Below, piece after piece: positions 1-17,600 of a stretch of DNA of 64,000 nucleotides (positions are counted from its first letter, which is position 1; every line of letters starts with the position of its first letter). The position numbers were made by a program, and so were the translations under genes. Origin of the DNA: Lama guanicoe (lineage: Eukaryota). The notes beneath the pieces are model-generated. The model did no database searches. It was not told the origin of the DNA and worked only from the letters and a program-made list of their open reading frames with translations. The DNA lies in NCBI GenBank assembly GCA_013239625.1, contig MU054187.1, positions 24,554,433 to 24,618,432 of the forward strand, read 5' to 3'.

Positions 1-330
1 GTGGAACACAGGACATTTAGGGGGCAGTGAAACTACTTTATATGATACTATAGTGATGGATATATGCCATTATATACATTTGTCCAAACCAATGTACAAC
101 ATCAAGAATGAACTGTAATGTACACTGTGGACCCTGGGTGATTATGACGTATCTGTCAATGTATGTTCATCAACTGTAGCAAATGTATCACTCCACTGGG
201 GGCATGTTGATAATGAGGGAGGCTATTCATGGCAGGAGTCGTGATCATATGGGAAATTCCTGTATCTTCCCCTCAATTTTGCTGTGAATCTCAAATTGCT
301 CTAAAAAAAAAAAGTCTACATAAATAAATA
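1..330 (+). mobile_element. Old L1 (L1M-type) 3' UTR fragment ending in an A-rich tail
   Basis: Typical L1M 3' UTR motifs (ggggcagtgaaactactttatatgatactatagt; gtgaatctcaaattgctctaaaaaaa). Confidence 0.7.
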
Positions 331-860
331 GTGAAAGAAAAATATTCTTCAAGAACAAAGGCAGGGAGTTGGGAAGCACATCTCTGTCAGGGTGCCATTT
401 TCTCTTCTACTTAGAGCTCTAAGGTGTTAGGGCCACATGCTACAAACATTCAAACCAAAGTAACAAATGAAAGATTACCATTGCTAAGATGGGGAAATGG
501 ATGTGTTGAGATGGGGGCCAGGGTGCTGAATATACCTCCTTTCTTTCTTTGCTGGTTCAAAACACTGCCATCTCCCACCAGATACTGGTGGAGAGGTTGG
601 ATTCACACCCTTCCCAAATCTAAAACCTAGAAATACATTTTCCAAGAAAATCTTAACTAGCAATAAAATCACTTTACAGTCAAGCAAATTGGACGTAGTA
701 TGGAATTAATTTTTAAATCAGTGACCAGCTGAATATTAAAATCAATATTTTAAAGGCCCAGAATAATTTTTATCAGTTAATACTTATCTATAACTTAAGA
801 GAGTTATTAGTTTTTCAAATTCATAAACATTCAGAGCCTATGAATGCAACATAGCCTGGC

Positions 861-884
861 TATATATATATATATATATATGTT

Positions 885-926
<42 letters not shown>

Positions 927-939
927 TGTGTGTGTGTGT
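861..939. repeat. Compound (TA)n-TGTT-(TG)n microsatellite present as two tandem units
   Basis: Directly visible. Confidence 0.95.
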
Positions 940-952
940 TGTGGGGGAGATG

Positions 953-1513
953 TTTTTTTTAATTTTATTTTATTAAGTTATAATCAGTTTACAATGTTGT
1001 GTCAATTTCCAGTGTAGAGCACAATTTTCAGTTATACATGAACATACAGATATTCATTGTCACATTCTTTTTCACCATGAGCTACCACAGGATCTTGTAT
1101 ATATTTCCCTGTGCTATACAGTATAATCTTGTTTATCTATTCTGCATATGCCTGTCAGTATCTACAAATTCTGTCTGTCCCTTCCCACCCCCCAACCCTG
1201 TCAACCACAAGTAGTTTGTATTCTATGTCTATGAGTCTGTTTTTGTTTTGTATTTATGTTCATTTGTCTTTGTCTTTTCTTTTTTTTCTTTTCTTTTTTT
1301 TGGATTCTACATATGAGCAATCTCATACAGAATTTCTCTTTCTCTTTCTGGCTTACTTCACTTAGAATGACATTCTCCAGGGACATCCATGTTGCTGAAA
1401 ATGGTGTTACATTGTCATTTTTATGGCTGACTAGTATTCCATTGTATACATATACCACATCTCCTTTATCCAGTCATCTGTTGATGGACATTTAGACTGT
1501 TTCCATGTCTTGG
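953..1513 (-). mobile_element. Young lineage-specific L1 3' end, 5'-truncated
   Basis: Poly-T then ttaagttataatcagtttacaatgttgtgtc. Minus ORF 1201-1458 resembles the L1 ORF2 C-terminus (ATWMSLENVILSEVSQKEK). Similar copies at ~9.7, 37.9, 43.35, 57.6 and 63.0 kb. Confidence 0.9.
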
Positions 1514-2388
1514 TTTTAATCAACACTCAAAGCACTTAACAGGAGGTAGGATCAAAATGTTTTTTAAGAGATTGATAAAATGCCTGAATTCCCTGCTGGA
1601 GCAGAGGGAGGAAACAGAGCAGGAAAAAAAAAAAAAAAAACAGGATTAACAACCAGAACCCCAGTCACCTCATAAGTTTCTAGGCAACAGGCCTCCTTTC
1701 AAATTCTCACAGGATTTCCTCCCTTACCTGATTCTCTTTAGATGTAAGAATTTATACAGTACCCCTGCGGTTAAGTTTTGAGTGAGTCATCAGCTGGTTC
1801 TGTATGTCAGACAGCCTAGTGCCTTCCACATATCCTTCTGTTGAAACTCAGAGCAGAACACGTCACAAAGCTGCACTATCTCAAAGACAAGACTCCGCCA
1901 GCCTTGGCCAACCTTCTGAGAAGATGTGGGTCCCCATGTTTTTAATTTGCTGGTAATTTATTGTAAAGGGAGACTTATTTTGTCATTTTTGTTTGTTTGT
2001 TTTGAGGGAAAACATAAGTTAGCATGAAATTGCCTTAGATTTCAAACTCCAGACTAGACTGTGAGACAGAGCAGGAATCTGCCCAGTTCTGCCACCTGCT
2101 AACCATATAACATTGGGAAAGTAACAGTAACCGAGCATTTGCAGCTAAGGCGCTATTCAAACTGCTTTATGTGGATTAACCCATTGAATCCTCAAAAAGA
2201 CCCTATGAGGTGGGACCTTGGGAGATGAGGGAACTGAGTGAGAGAATAAGGAACGCAGAGCTGGGAAGATAAAGAACTGGGATTCTGGCTGAGGAAGGGG
2301 GCCTCACAGAAGTCTTCCCGGGGACGGTGAGACCTGGGTGGGGGTTGGGAGTGTTCTGGCTAGAGGAGGGAGGAAAGCCATGGCCCTC

Positions 2389-2536
2389 GTGATGGTTAAT
2401 TTTCTGTGTCAATCTGGTTAGGCTATAGGGCCCAGTGATTTCATTAAACACTAATCTAGGTATTGCCATGAAGGTATTTTGGAGATGTGGTTAACATCCA
2501 TCATCAGTTAACTTCAAGTAAAGGAGATTACGCCCT
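2389..2536 (+). mobile_element. MLT2-like (ERVL) LTR fragment
   Basis: gtgatggttaattttctgtgtcaatctgg...ggtattgccatgaaggtatttt matches the MLT2 5' end. Confidence 0.65.
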
Positions 2537-2669
2537 GCACCCACATCCCCGCCAAGGAAAAGGACAGGGATTAAACCAAGGGAACCTTTTTGCTAGAGCC
2601 TCTACCCTTAACCTCTTCATTGGTGGGTTTAAAATTGTTTAATGTAACCCACTATAAAAAATATTTTTC

Positions 2670-6630
<3,961 letters not shown>

Positions 6631-7496
6631 TATATATTTTTCCCTTGTATCCCCTGTACCTCCTCTAAAATTAAATAAACCTAATTACTTCCTCACACAT
6701 ACACACCAAAAACAAACAGAAAAAAAACCAAATCAAATAAAATATTGGATTAAAAGAGTTTTTTTTAAATATTTTCACTATGACCCATAGTAAGAGATGC
6801 GTTCTGCAACACAACCCAGAACATGCATTTTATCAATTAAGACTAACTTATAACTTAAGTATATATATTTAAAAAGAAGAAAAAGAAAAAAAGTATATAT
6901 ATATATCAATATTTTATCAATTAAAACTTACTTATAACTTAAGAGAGTCACTCTATGTGTAATTGAAACCAAAATTTTATGAAAACATATTTCATGCAAT
7001 TTACCAATATTTTCTATTGTATTTTATTGTTTAAAATTGCTGGTCACTCCTTCCAAACTGATTTCAATTTCCACTGAGGGTCATGAGCTGAACTTTAAAA
7101 AACAAGAGACTACATTTCTTTCCACCACCATAGTAGTTAAATATAATAATGTGTGCGAAACACTTAGCACAATGCCTGACACACACTGTGTACTTAATAC
7201 AGGGTAGTGATTATTACCGATCTTTTAAACTAGTAGTAACTATGGGAGTCAGGGACACTGAGGGGAAAATCTGACTGGCTGTAGATGAATTTCTTGCCAG
7301 TTAGGATCTGTCCCTGGCAGTGAGAGAGGGACTTCCCCCTGTATTTTTAACTTGTGTGTAATGAAAATCCACAATTTAGAAAGAGAATTGGCTTGTGGCT
7401 AACTCTGGTTTCCTCTTCTCCACTAGAAAGGGCAACTGACAAGTTGCTGGGTCTCTCTGCTGGAGCCGTAGGAAACCCAGTTTATTCACCTGTGTT

Positions 7497-7700
7497 TGTA
7501 ACAGAAAAAGACAAATCTGACTCCATATTCGATCTGTTCCTTTGGCTTTAACCCTGTGCCCTGTTTCCTAGCTTAGTCTTGCTAGCTCTGCACTCTCGTA
7601 AAGATAACAAGTTGCAGAACAGAGAATAACATTTGTTTTGTTGGAGGTTTCCAGGGATACCATGACCTGACCCACGTGGATGGCTGCAAGAACAAAGAAT
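7497..7700 (+). mobile_element. Truncated ERV LTR, same family as 14794-15324
   Basis: Starts TGTAACAGAAAAAGACAAATCTGACTCCATATT, which aligns by eye with the start of the LTR at 14794. Confidence 0.75.
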
Positions 7701-7702
7701 GC

Positions 7703-8035
7703 CTGCAGCTTCCTTGGCTCATGGCCTCTTCCTCCATCTTCAAAGACTGCAACAGTAGGCTAAGTCTTTCTCACATCAAATCATTCTTAACTCTGACACT
7801 GACTCTGTGGTCTCATTTTCTTCCCTAAATCTTCTGTCTTCCTCTTCAATTTTTAAAGGACTCTTGTGATTACATTGGGTGTACCTGAATAATCCAGGAA
7901 AAATTCCCTATTTTAAGACTTTTAATTTAACCACATCTGCAAAGTCCCTTTTGCCATGTGAGGTAACATTCAGAGGCTCTGGGAATTAGGATGTGGACAT
8001 TGATGTGGGGGAGGGGCAGCTATTCTGCCTAACAC
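7703..8035 (-). mobile_element. MLT1-type (MaLR) LTR fragment
   Basis: cttccttggctcatggcctcttcctccatcttcaaag...atctgcaaagtcccttttgccatgtgaggtaacattc...tattctgcctaacaca. Confidence 0.75.
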
Positions 8036-9663
8036 AGGAGACAAATAGCACAAACTAGCAAATACAATATAACAACAACAACAGCAACATAGGACATTTA
8101 TTGATCATTTACTCTACAGCAGGAGTTGTGCTGAGTGCTTTACTTGCCTCAGTTTACTTTCCTGTCTAGAGACCAAGGCTCCAAGAAATAAAGCAAATTG
8201 CCTGAAGTCATACAGATAGTGTCAAACCCATGTCTGCCTGGACTTCAAAGATCATGCTCTCAACCACTTCACTAAATAAATAAGTACTAGATGTATGAAC
8301 ATTTTGTGGTTTGCAATTTCTTCCCAGCGTGTACTCCTTTTTCTCTTTTCCCTTAGGGACCTCATTTTGAAAGGTTTATTCTGTTGATTTTTTTTTTCAT
8401 TAGTCAAAGATAACTGTAACTTCTGATAGCTCTGAGCTAATCTCTTTGCCTCTTTTTGGATTTATATAGTTTCAGACAAATAATGAGATTAAAGGAGAAT
8501 AAATAAAAAGTTGAGGCTTTGAAAGAAAGGTAAATAAATTTAACCAGACAGGAAAATACAGAAGCTGGAAACTTTCTGAGCAGCAGTTCTTGGGCTTGGG
8601 GAGGTTACTCAGGTAGAACAAAGAGCAAGAAAGGAGGAAGTAAGAGACTGGCAACTGTGATTCCGGGAGGGGGAATTGGGTGGCTGGAGGCATGGAAAGA
8701 GGTCGAAGCTAACTTTTCACTCTATCCCCTTTTGATTCTTCTAAATTGTATATGATGCACGTGTACAAGCTAATGGAATATGCAGATCCACATATGTGGT
8801 ATGTATCATATATAAATGTAATATTATAGATAGCCATGTATATAAGGCTAACATTACTGACACAGAATACCATGCAGTAAAACTAGGCATCTACTTTTAG
8901 TACAATTAAGAGCTCAGTATAAACCATTCCTCAGTTCTTCCCCCTCCTTATCTCACCCGTGCCCCAAGTAAAGCTACTTCAGCAATTTTCTCATTGGCTT
9001 AAAAAATTGCTCCTTGGTTTCTGGCCACCTACCTTATCCTAAAGCATCAACTCCAGGTTGGGCCAGGGCCCAAGCATTTTACATTACTCTTACATGTTTG
9101 CCCAACTTAGACGAGAACTTACTTCAGAACTGACTCAGAAATCTCAAAGGATACTGCCATTCACCGCCAGAATCAATGATCAGTAATAAATCCATAAGGC
9201 CTACACATCTTAACCCAGCTCAGGGCCCTGAATCAGACAATGCCTGCCCACTGGCCTCATCCCCACACCGTAGGCTCCACTTTATCACCAGTGTATTTGC
9301 ATCAATATTCCTCTATTCAAATTAGCATGCAGTTCAAAGGGAATTTTCATCTCATAGTTCAACAGGCATCCTATTGTTACCCACTTGTTCTGTTTTGTAA
9401 GAGCTAACTAATGAAATAATTCCATCAATGTTTTTGTGAAAAGATGTTGAGTTTAGCACTTTCTGAATAATCAATGCTGTATTTGTAGCATTAGAAAGCC
9501 CAGTGGTCAAAGCAGGCACTCCTAATGCCTAGGCACCCAGTCTGCTGCATTAGTGCTGAGCGGTACCTGAGGCATATGGAGAACTCGATAATTCTTTAAA
9601 TGTTTTGAAGTTCAGGAAGAGTTGCATTGGAAGACAATTACTATTTTTTGTTGTTGTTATTCA

Positions 9664-9798
9664 TTTTATTTTCTGTAATTTTTTTATTGAATTATAGTCA
9701 GTTTACAATTTTGTGTCAATTTCTGGTGTAGAGCACAATTCTTCAGTCATACATAAATATACATATATTCATTTTCATGTTTTTTCGTCATGAGCTAA
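9664..9798 (-). mobile_element. Short L1 3' end fragment
   Basis: ttattgaattatagtcagtttacaat...gagcta, same family as 953-1513. Confidence 0.8.
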
Positions 9799-12700
9799 AA
9801 AAAAAGATGATTTCTCAATCATATTGTGACTTTACTCCATTCAAAGCCACAATGTCAAGTTCCTAAAGACAGTTTAGAAGCTACAGACGATGACTATATA
9901 AACAAGCGCAAGTTCCAGCAGGTCGAGGAGAGCTAAGCCAAAAGTGACGGGCATGGCTAGATCCTAAAAGCCAGTTTGGTTACTCATTACACATTTTTGC
10001 CAGTTTTCATTGTAAGATGTGCAAGCATGTGTAAGATGACATGCTATGTTGTGTGAATGAAAATGTTTCATCTAACTAAATGATCTGCCTGTCTTATGTT
10101 AGTCAGTGGAGAAATATTTATTGAGCTCAACACAGAAGAGTAATTTTAGAAACCACGTTAGCAGGAAAACAGCCAAGGGTGGAGAAAGTGCTAAGCCTCT
10201 TAAAACTGTCCTCTTTTCTCTTGAAACTCCTGGAAGGCAGGAAATGCCTGTGTTTTTCCATTTGTGCCCAGCACAATGTACACCTTCAAGTGACACACAG
10301 GAAAAAAGAAAACCTTAGGGAAGAGTCGCTATTCAGAACTGAAATTAATTAATGTGTCACAGTTCATAAAGCACTTCCACGTGTGTTCTCTCATTCATTC
10401 TTCCCATAACCCTTATGAGTGAGAAAAGCAAGTTTCAGTAAGGATAAACAACGTGGGTAATAAAACAGAGGCTGGGGTTGAAACCAAGCGTGATGCTATC
10501 AACACGGTTTTATATGTGTGATTAAGCCAAGCACAGATCATGCAGGTTTTTAGAGCGTTTGCTATCTACCCACAAACTATAGATGTAGATATTACAAACT
10601 CATATTACAGTACCTGGCTCTTCAAACCTCTTATTGTCCCAGAATGTAGCCGGGTACAGACTTCATTCAGCATGGCATTACTCCTTTGCAGCCTGCAGAC
10701 CCACCAGTGGTCCTAAAAGACATAGTTCTCATTCTTGGACTTTGTAGCCCTCTCTAACCTGTACCCAAAAGTCTCAGGGGACAACTTTCCTCCTATCTGT
10801 AATACTAGAAAGGTAAAAGAAAAAGCAAATTATAATCAATGGAATTATTTCTATAAAGTTTGGATTATTTCTAACAGAAACCATTGTTAAAGATACATCA
10901 AATACTTTAACATTGCTAGACTGGACTTATTTAAAAGATTCCCTTGCTCACATATAAAATAACTTTTCATATAATAGTGTATTGAACTGTATCAGATCAT
11001 TCACACCCATCTCTCAGTACTCTATGTGTGTCTGTGCATGTATTGCTTAAAAATATATACACCTTAGCTTACAATCTGAGAGGGACAGATGGAGAAAATG
11101 ATTTTGAGTTCTGAAGACATTTTAAAAAGCAAAATATCCTGCTAAATTCAGGGGCTAAAATTTTTAAATGCAGGCCCAGCTACTAGTAACCTGTCTTTCT
11201 ACATTCTTGGAAACCTGCCAGGTAAAATGTCAAAAGCAAATGGAATTTCCCAGGAAATGTCTCTTAATAATAAACTTCTGTCCAGCACTGTTTTCTGTAG
11301 CTGGGAAATCCCCTCTTGCCACTGTATTCCTCTGCTGAGTCATTATATAAAGTGAAACCGAAAATGAAATATCCTACTGATAGAGTGAGCAGTTTCTGGA
11401 AAGAATATAAGCTTAATTCAAATAGATCTGTGCAGGAACCCTGCCTCTGTGATTTATACACTGTGTGACGTTGGCCGATTTGCCTTACCTCTCTTACTTT
11501 TCATTAAATTACCATTTATGGTCCTCTCCCCTAATATCCAGGGTGCCCCAGACTTCCCTATCAGGACGCTTATCATACTCTACTGTAATTGCCATGTTCA
11601 GGTTTCTACCTCCCTTAGAACACTAAAAGCATTTTAAGAACAGAGATCATACATATTTTGCTTTTCTTGTGTTTCTAGCACCTAGCATTACGGTGCATAA
11701 TATTTGTTAAATTTATTTGTTGTCTTGAGGGAGGTGGACTGGAGGTCTGAAGAATTAGGGAGGCTTACTTAGCATTTATATTCCTTTTTATAATTCTTGA
11801 ATGTTTTACCATGCTAATTTGGTATATGTATTTCTTTTTTGAAAAGATCGTATTTACATGAAGAGAAGAAAGATAAGACGTTTCTTGTAAGAAAATATTA
11901 GACAATGGAATAGTAGGCACTGAATACTTACTTACTAGCTTCTTTAATAGGGATCAAAGTATCTCAGTTTAAGGAAAATCATTTTCTCTGTCTTCTTCTA
12001 CATAATAAACCATATGTGTAACTTGAGAATTAAAGTGCAATTTCATTTGGATGTAGTTTTTTTATTATTATGAAAAATTGATAGTCCAGCCAATTCTATC
12101 TTAAATCCAAAACTTCCCAGTTAAAGTTAGATAGAGGACAGTTGCAAGAGGGAAGCTTCCTTGGGCCTTTTGCCTAATGCTCTGGTCAGCTAATCAGAGC
12201 TTTAAAAATATGCTACTAGTTTTCCTTCTTTCACCACTTTTACTTGTGTGTGTAGATCTATCAGGGCACCTCGTCAGCAGGAGGCTGGGGGATTGAGGCA
12301 GGATGTGGCTAATCCTGAGTACCTTGGTCGAATGCCATCAAATAGCACCACAATACCTCCATCCATTACCAATTTGAACTTTTTAGCAAGCAATTTTCTC
12401 TGCATGGAGTATTTCTGAAGATTTTAGCTCCTGATCATCTTACTCTGAATGACCTTTTTAAATCTTTTAATCTTCCCAAAGGACTTTTGTTTCTTTAGCC
12501 ACATAATTCAGATCATGCTGATGTAAAATGATCTGAGTCAGAATTAATATATCAGTCGCATATTTTCTGCCTGATTGTTCTCTATATTACCAATTTTAAA
12601 GGCTTAACAACATGATTTGTTTCAATGAGCAGACAAAATGAGCAATTTGCCCATGCTTTAACCTCAAAGGTAAAGGAAAAATTTCCTGAAGTTTTACTAC

Positions 12701-13199
12701 CTAAGTGAAAAATATTTTCCAGGTACTAATTTATCTGGTTAATTAATGAAGAGAAGTCTTCAGTATTTACCTCTAGATTCTGACCCTGTTTTGTTCTGGT
12801 CCACATTTTGGTTCAGTTGAAAAAACAGAAGGGGAAAAAAAACAGCATCTACTGAAAGCGTGCCTTATACTAAACACTACACACAAATTATCTTATTTCA
12901 TATTTACAGTATTAGTTAAAGCAAAAACTTCACAGAGGGAGAAAGTAGGGTTCAAAGAAGTTAAGCAGGCTGCCAAAGTCACAGTTCATAAATGATGAAG
13001 CAGAAGTCTGAAGTCAGGTATGTATTATTCATATATATATATATATATATATATACATACACAGGTATTGTATTATTCTGAACATTGTGCTTTCTGGAAA
13101 AGACAACCAATATAGCAAAATACAGATTTAAGAGAATCATGAAAGGCTAGAGGAATGGACCTACAGAAATATGGAAAAAAACTTAATATGATTGAATCC

Positions 13200-14355
13200 A
13201 AAAATTAAACATGCGTCTATAAATGAGGTATCACTACACACTTACTAGATAAGCAAAATAAAACCCAATGGCAATACTAAATGCTGGTAAGAATGCAGAG
13301 AAAGGCAATCTCTCACATATTGCATACTTCGTTCTGAAAAATAGTGTAATAGTTCCTTACCATGTGACCCAGCAATTACAGCCCTGGACATTCATCTCAG
13401 AGAAACTCAAGTATATGTCCACACAAAAAACTGTACATAATTGTTCATAGCAGTTTTATTTGTAATAACCAGAACCTGGAAACAACTAAAATGTCCTTCA
13501 GTAGTTAAATTGTTCAACAACTTTGGTACACTTTTACCATGGAATACTATCCATTATTAAGAGAATCAGCAAGATGTGGTGTATATTTACAACAGAGTAC
13601 AACTCGGCCATAAAAAAGAATGAAATAATGTCATTTGCAACAATGCGGATGGACTTAGAGGTTATCATACTAAGAAAAGTAAGTCAGACAGAGAAAGACA
13701 AATATCACATGATATCACTTATATGTGGAATCTAAGATATGATACAAATCAACTCATTTACAGAACACAAACACTCACAGACATAGAAAACAAACTTATG
13801 GTTATCAAAGAAGAAAGGGATAAATTAGGAGTTTTGGATTAGCAGATAAAAACTATTATATACAAAATAAATAAACAACAAGATCCTACTGTATAACACA
13901 GGGAACTATAGTCAATATCTTATAATAAACTATAATGGAAAAGAAAAAAGAAGAATCAGTCATTGATACAAGAATAAAACTTGGGTGGACCTCAATGAAC
14001 AAAACCAATCTCATAATATCACATACTTTAACTAACATAACATTCTTAAATAACAAAATTACAGAAATGGAAAACAGATTGATGGTTGTCAGGGGTTAAT
14101 GATACTGGAGGGTAGGAGGGCAATTTTTGAGGTGATGGAATAATTCTGTATGTTAACTGAGTTGGTAGCACATGGAAAAACTGCACAGAACTCTGTACAC
14201 ATATTGGATGAATTACAGGTTTTGGTATTGTATTATAATTCTGTAAGATGCAATCATTGGGGGAAACTGAGTGAAGGATATGTGTAATCTGTCTGTACTA
14301 TTTTTTCAACTTTCTGTGAATCTACTATTATCTCCAAATTAAAAATTTTTAAGTT
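13200..14355 (+). mobile_element. Old L1M 3' region, interrupted by a younger L1 at 13570-13950
   Basis: L1 motifs catgtgacccagcaattaca, atgtccacacaaaaaactgtacata and tgtgaatctactattatctccaaattaaaa. Confidence 0.75.
13570..13950 (+). mobile_element. Nested younger L1 3' end
   Basis: ORF2 C-terminus (AIKKNEIMSFATMRMDLEVIILRKVSQTEKDKYHMISLICGI). Direct repeat AGAATCAG at 13562-13569 and 13952-13959. Confidence 0.85.
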
Positions 14356-14364
14356 GTACCTGAG

Positions 14365-14793
14365 TGTGTTAGTTTCTTGGGGCTGCCATAACAAAGAACC
14401 ACACACTCGGTGGTTTGAACGATGGAAATTTATTGTCTCACAGTTCTGGAGGCTGGAAGCCTGAAATCAAGATGTTAACAGTCAGTTCCTTCTGAGGGCT
14501 ATGAGAATCCATTCCATCCTTCTCTTCCAGCTTCTGATAGCCTCCGGCGTTCCTTGGCTCGTAGTTGGCTTTCTCCCCACGTCTTCACAATATCTTCCCT
14601 TAAAGCTTGATTGTCTCTATGTCCAATTTCCCTTTCTTATAGAGACATTAGTCATATTGGATTAGGCCTCATCCTAATGACCTCATCTTAACTTCACCAA
14701 CTACAAAGACCTTGTTTTCCAATATGGTCATAGTCACAGGTACTGGAGGGTAAAGACTTCAACACCTTTTTGAGTATACAATTCAACCCCTAA
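14365..14793 (-). mobile_element. MLT1-type (MaLR) LTR
   Basis: tgtgttagtttcttggggctgccataacaaag...aaatttattgtctcacagttctggaggctggaag...caattcaacccctaa. Confidence 0.85.
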
Positions 14794-15324
14794 TGTAATA
14801 GAAAAGAATAAATCTGACTCCATATTAGATCTGTTCCTTTGGCTTTAACCCTGTACTCTGTCTCCTAGACTGTTTTGCTAGCTCTGCACCTTTTGTAAAA
14901 GAATGTTGCCTATAACCTGACATATACAGGAGAGCCTATTCTCAAGGCTCTGACCTTTAAGGATATTAACACTTCGCATTCATACAAAGATAACAAGTTA
15001 CAGAATAGAAAATAACATTTGTTTTGTTGGAAGTTTACGGGTCCACCATGATCTGACCCACATGGACAGCTATAAGAACACAGGATTCCAGGAACAAAGA
15101 ATTCCTACACCAAGAAGTTTGCAACAACCAATCACACCCCCTCCCCTTTTTAGTATAAAAGGAGCCTGAATCCTGACTTGGGAAGGTGGTTCTCCAGGAC
15201 GTTAGTCTGCCATCTTCTTGGTCTGTCAGCTTTCCAAATAGTCATTATTCCTTGCCCCAACACCTCGTCTCCCAATTTATTGGCCTGTTGCATGGCGAGC
15301 AGAATGAGATTGGACTTGGTAAGA
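14794..15324 (+). mobile_element. Solo ERV LTR
   Basis: TG start, CCAAT-like and TATAAAA (~15154) boxes; paralogous to 7497-7700. The 3' end is approximate. Confidence 0.75.
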
Positions 15325-16075
15325 AGACTATGTTAGATTTCAAGTATGTCATTTCAAGCTGCTGTGTCCCAAAAGTGGCACATGCAGGTAAAAACAACCT
15401 TTATTCTCAGTAAATGGAAAAATATATCTTAATATGATTTTACAAAATTTCAAATAGATGAATTCAACATATAAATGTGATGTTTGTTTTTTTTAGTCTA
15501 ATTTGCATTATTATTCTCATTTTGTTTTGTTTCTCATTTAGTTGATGTATTTCAGCATCAGTATTCCTTAAGCGTTCTGTCTTTAGCCATTCATTATAAG
15601 CATTAATTAAACAATATAAATATGACTGAGAATACATATTTTTAACACGTATAACAGTGAAACTCATAAAACCTAAAGTTTTGAGGTTTTGATAAACAAA
15701 TTGAAGCCAAATATTTAAAAGGTTTGCTATAATAAAAAGAATTTTAACATTTAAATGAGTTTAGAAGCACCAAACTCCAGGAACCAGCAGACCAACACTG
15801 TACTATCTATCTCAAAAAGAAATAAAGGCAGGTATGTGGAGAAATAACACTTCCATTTGCCTGCAAAAAAAAAAAAAAAAAAAAAGAACAACTTCAGTGA
15901 ACAGCAATTCAATAATACAAACCAAAAACGACAAAATGAACATAGCACTTTAGTCCAGCAATTCAGGCTTCTGGACTTACATACGTAGATATACTTGCTC
16001 ATGTATGAAATGACATATGTAAAGATTATTTATTGCAGCATTATTTGTAATAGCAAATTGTGGAAACCCTCTAAG

Positions 16076-16539
16076 TGAGATAGGCTGGGACCTGAGACCT
16101 GGGACCCTGGGCTGCAATGCTTGCACCTGGACCAAATAACAGAAACAAAGAAATTATAAAGGACTAAAAATAACTGTGCATGAGCAGTTAGGGTGCAGGT
16201 GGGGTTAGTTATGAACAATAAGATACAAAATGATCAAAAACGCAACAGCCACTTCTGAGGTGTTAGAAGCAAAAGCAGGGTACCCTGAGCAGAAGTAAGA
16301 GACTGTGCATGATCCCTGCACACAGCATGACCAAGGGGTGGGCAGAGCACTTAAGCCACCCCTCCAGCCCGATCCCCAGACCCCCGCTACTTCCACCCCA
16401 TTAAAGAGAGTGAGCAAGGGAACGTGTTACTTGTTTCTGATCCCTCATGCTGGAAGTCCCAATAAAGCTTTGCATGAATTTCTTGTCTCTCTTTTCAGTT
16501 TCCATTGATTAAGGAGGCCAGGAACCCTGGTTGGTCACA
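16076..16539 (+). mobile_element. Solo ERV1-type LTR inserted into an old L1
   Basis: TG...CA ends, 4-bp TSD TAAG (16072-16075 and 16540-16543), AATAAA at 16461. The flanks rejoin as the L1 motif ctctaagtgtccaccaatagg. Confidence 0.85.
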
Positions 16540-16759
16540 TAAGTGTCCACCAATAGGAGGTAAATTATGGTATATCCATTATTTTAAAAAACAAAAGATA
16601 TGGAGTTAACTTCTTACGCATTCATATGGAAAGATACCCAAGAGAGGCTGCTAAGTAAAAGACAGGCAAGGTAAACAGGCTTATAGTACCATATTAATTA
16701 CAAAGAAGTAAGAGACAGTGTATATCTCCATATATTTATTTTATATTTAAACCTATGAA

Positions 16760-17600
16760 CTTTTTATTGAAATATAACATATACATACAGAAAAGTTCAC
16801 ATTGTAGAACCTCAAAGAATTTCATAATGGAATATACCTATGTAACTTGCACCTAGCGTCTAGGTCCTAGATCAAGAAACAACATTATTATCACCCCAGA
16901 AACCTCTTCATGTTCCATTTAATCACTGTGTCCACCCTACAAGAGTAGCCATTATTCTGATTCTAAAAGCATGGGTTAGTTTTGCTTATTTTTGTGCTTA
17001 ATAGAAATTGACTCATAAAATGTACACTCTTCTGTGTCTAGCTTTTTTTATCCAATATTTTATTTGTGTGATTCATCAATATTATACTGTTCCATATCAT
17101 TACTATTTAGTATTCCATTGTGTATATGGGCCACAAATTATTTACCCATTCTACTATTTATGGATATTTGGGTAATTTCCAGTTTGAAGCATAAAATAGC
17201 ACTACTATGAACATTCTAGTATATGCACATGCATGTCCACACACCTAGGAAAGGAATTGCTGAGTCATAGGACCTGCATGTCTGCAATTTTAATAGGTAC
17301 TGCCACACACTTTGTAACATTGGTTGTACCAGCTGACACTCCCACCAGCAAAGTACAGGAATTCCAATTGCTACAAGACCACATCCACACTTGATGTATT
17401 CTCTTGTTTGGTCTTTTTTTTGTTTGTTTTTAATTTTAGTTATTCTTGTATTCGTGTAGTGATATTGCACTGTGGTTTTAATTTGCAATTCTCTGATAAT
17501 TAATGATGTCAAGCATTTTTCACCCTCACTCGCTATTTCTATGTTGATGTTACTTTCAGTGAGGTATCTAGGTTTTCTATTTTTCTATTGGATTATCTGT
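16760..17600 (-). mobile_element. Old L1M fragment (ORF2 end and 3' UTR)
   Basis: Minus ORF 17216-17512 resembles decayed ORF2 (TSLIIRELQIKTT...WWECQLVQP...YDSAIPFLG). Confidence 0.8.

Noticed and set aside
7497..15324. Two same-family, same-strand LTRs 7.3 kb apart as a possible provirus
   Set aside because: The interval holds older MLT1 and L1 pieces and no gag/pol/env or primer-binding site, so these are independent insertions.
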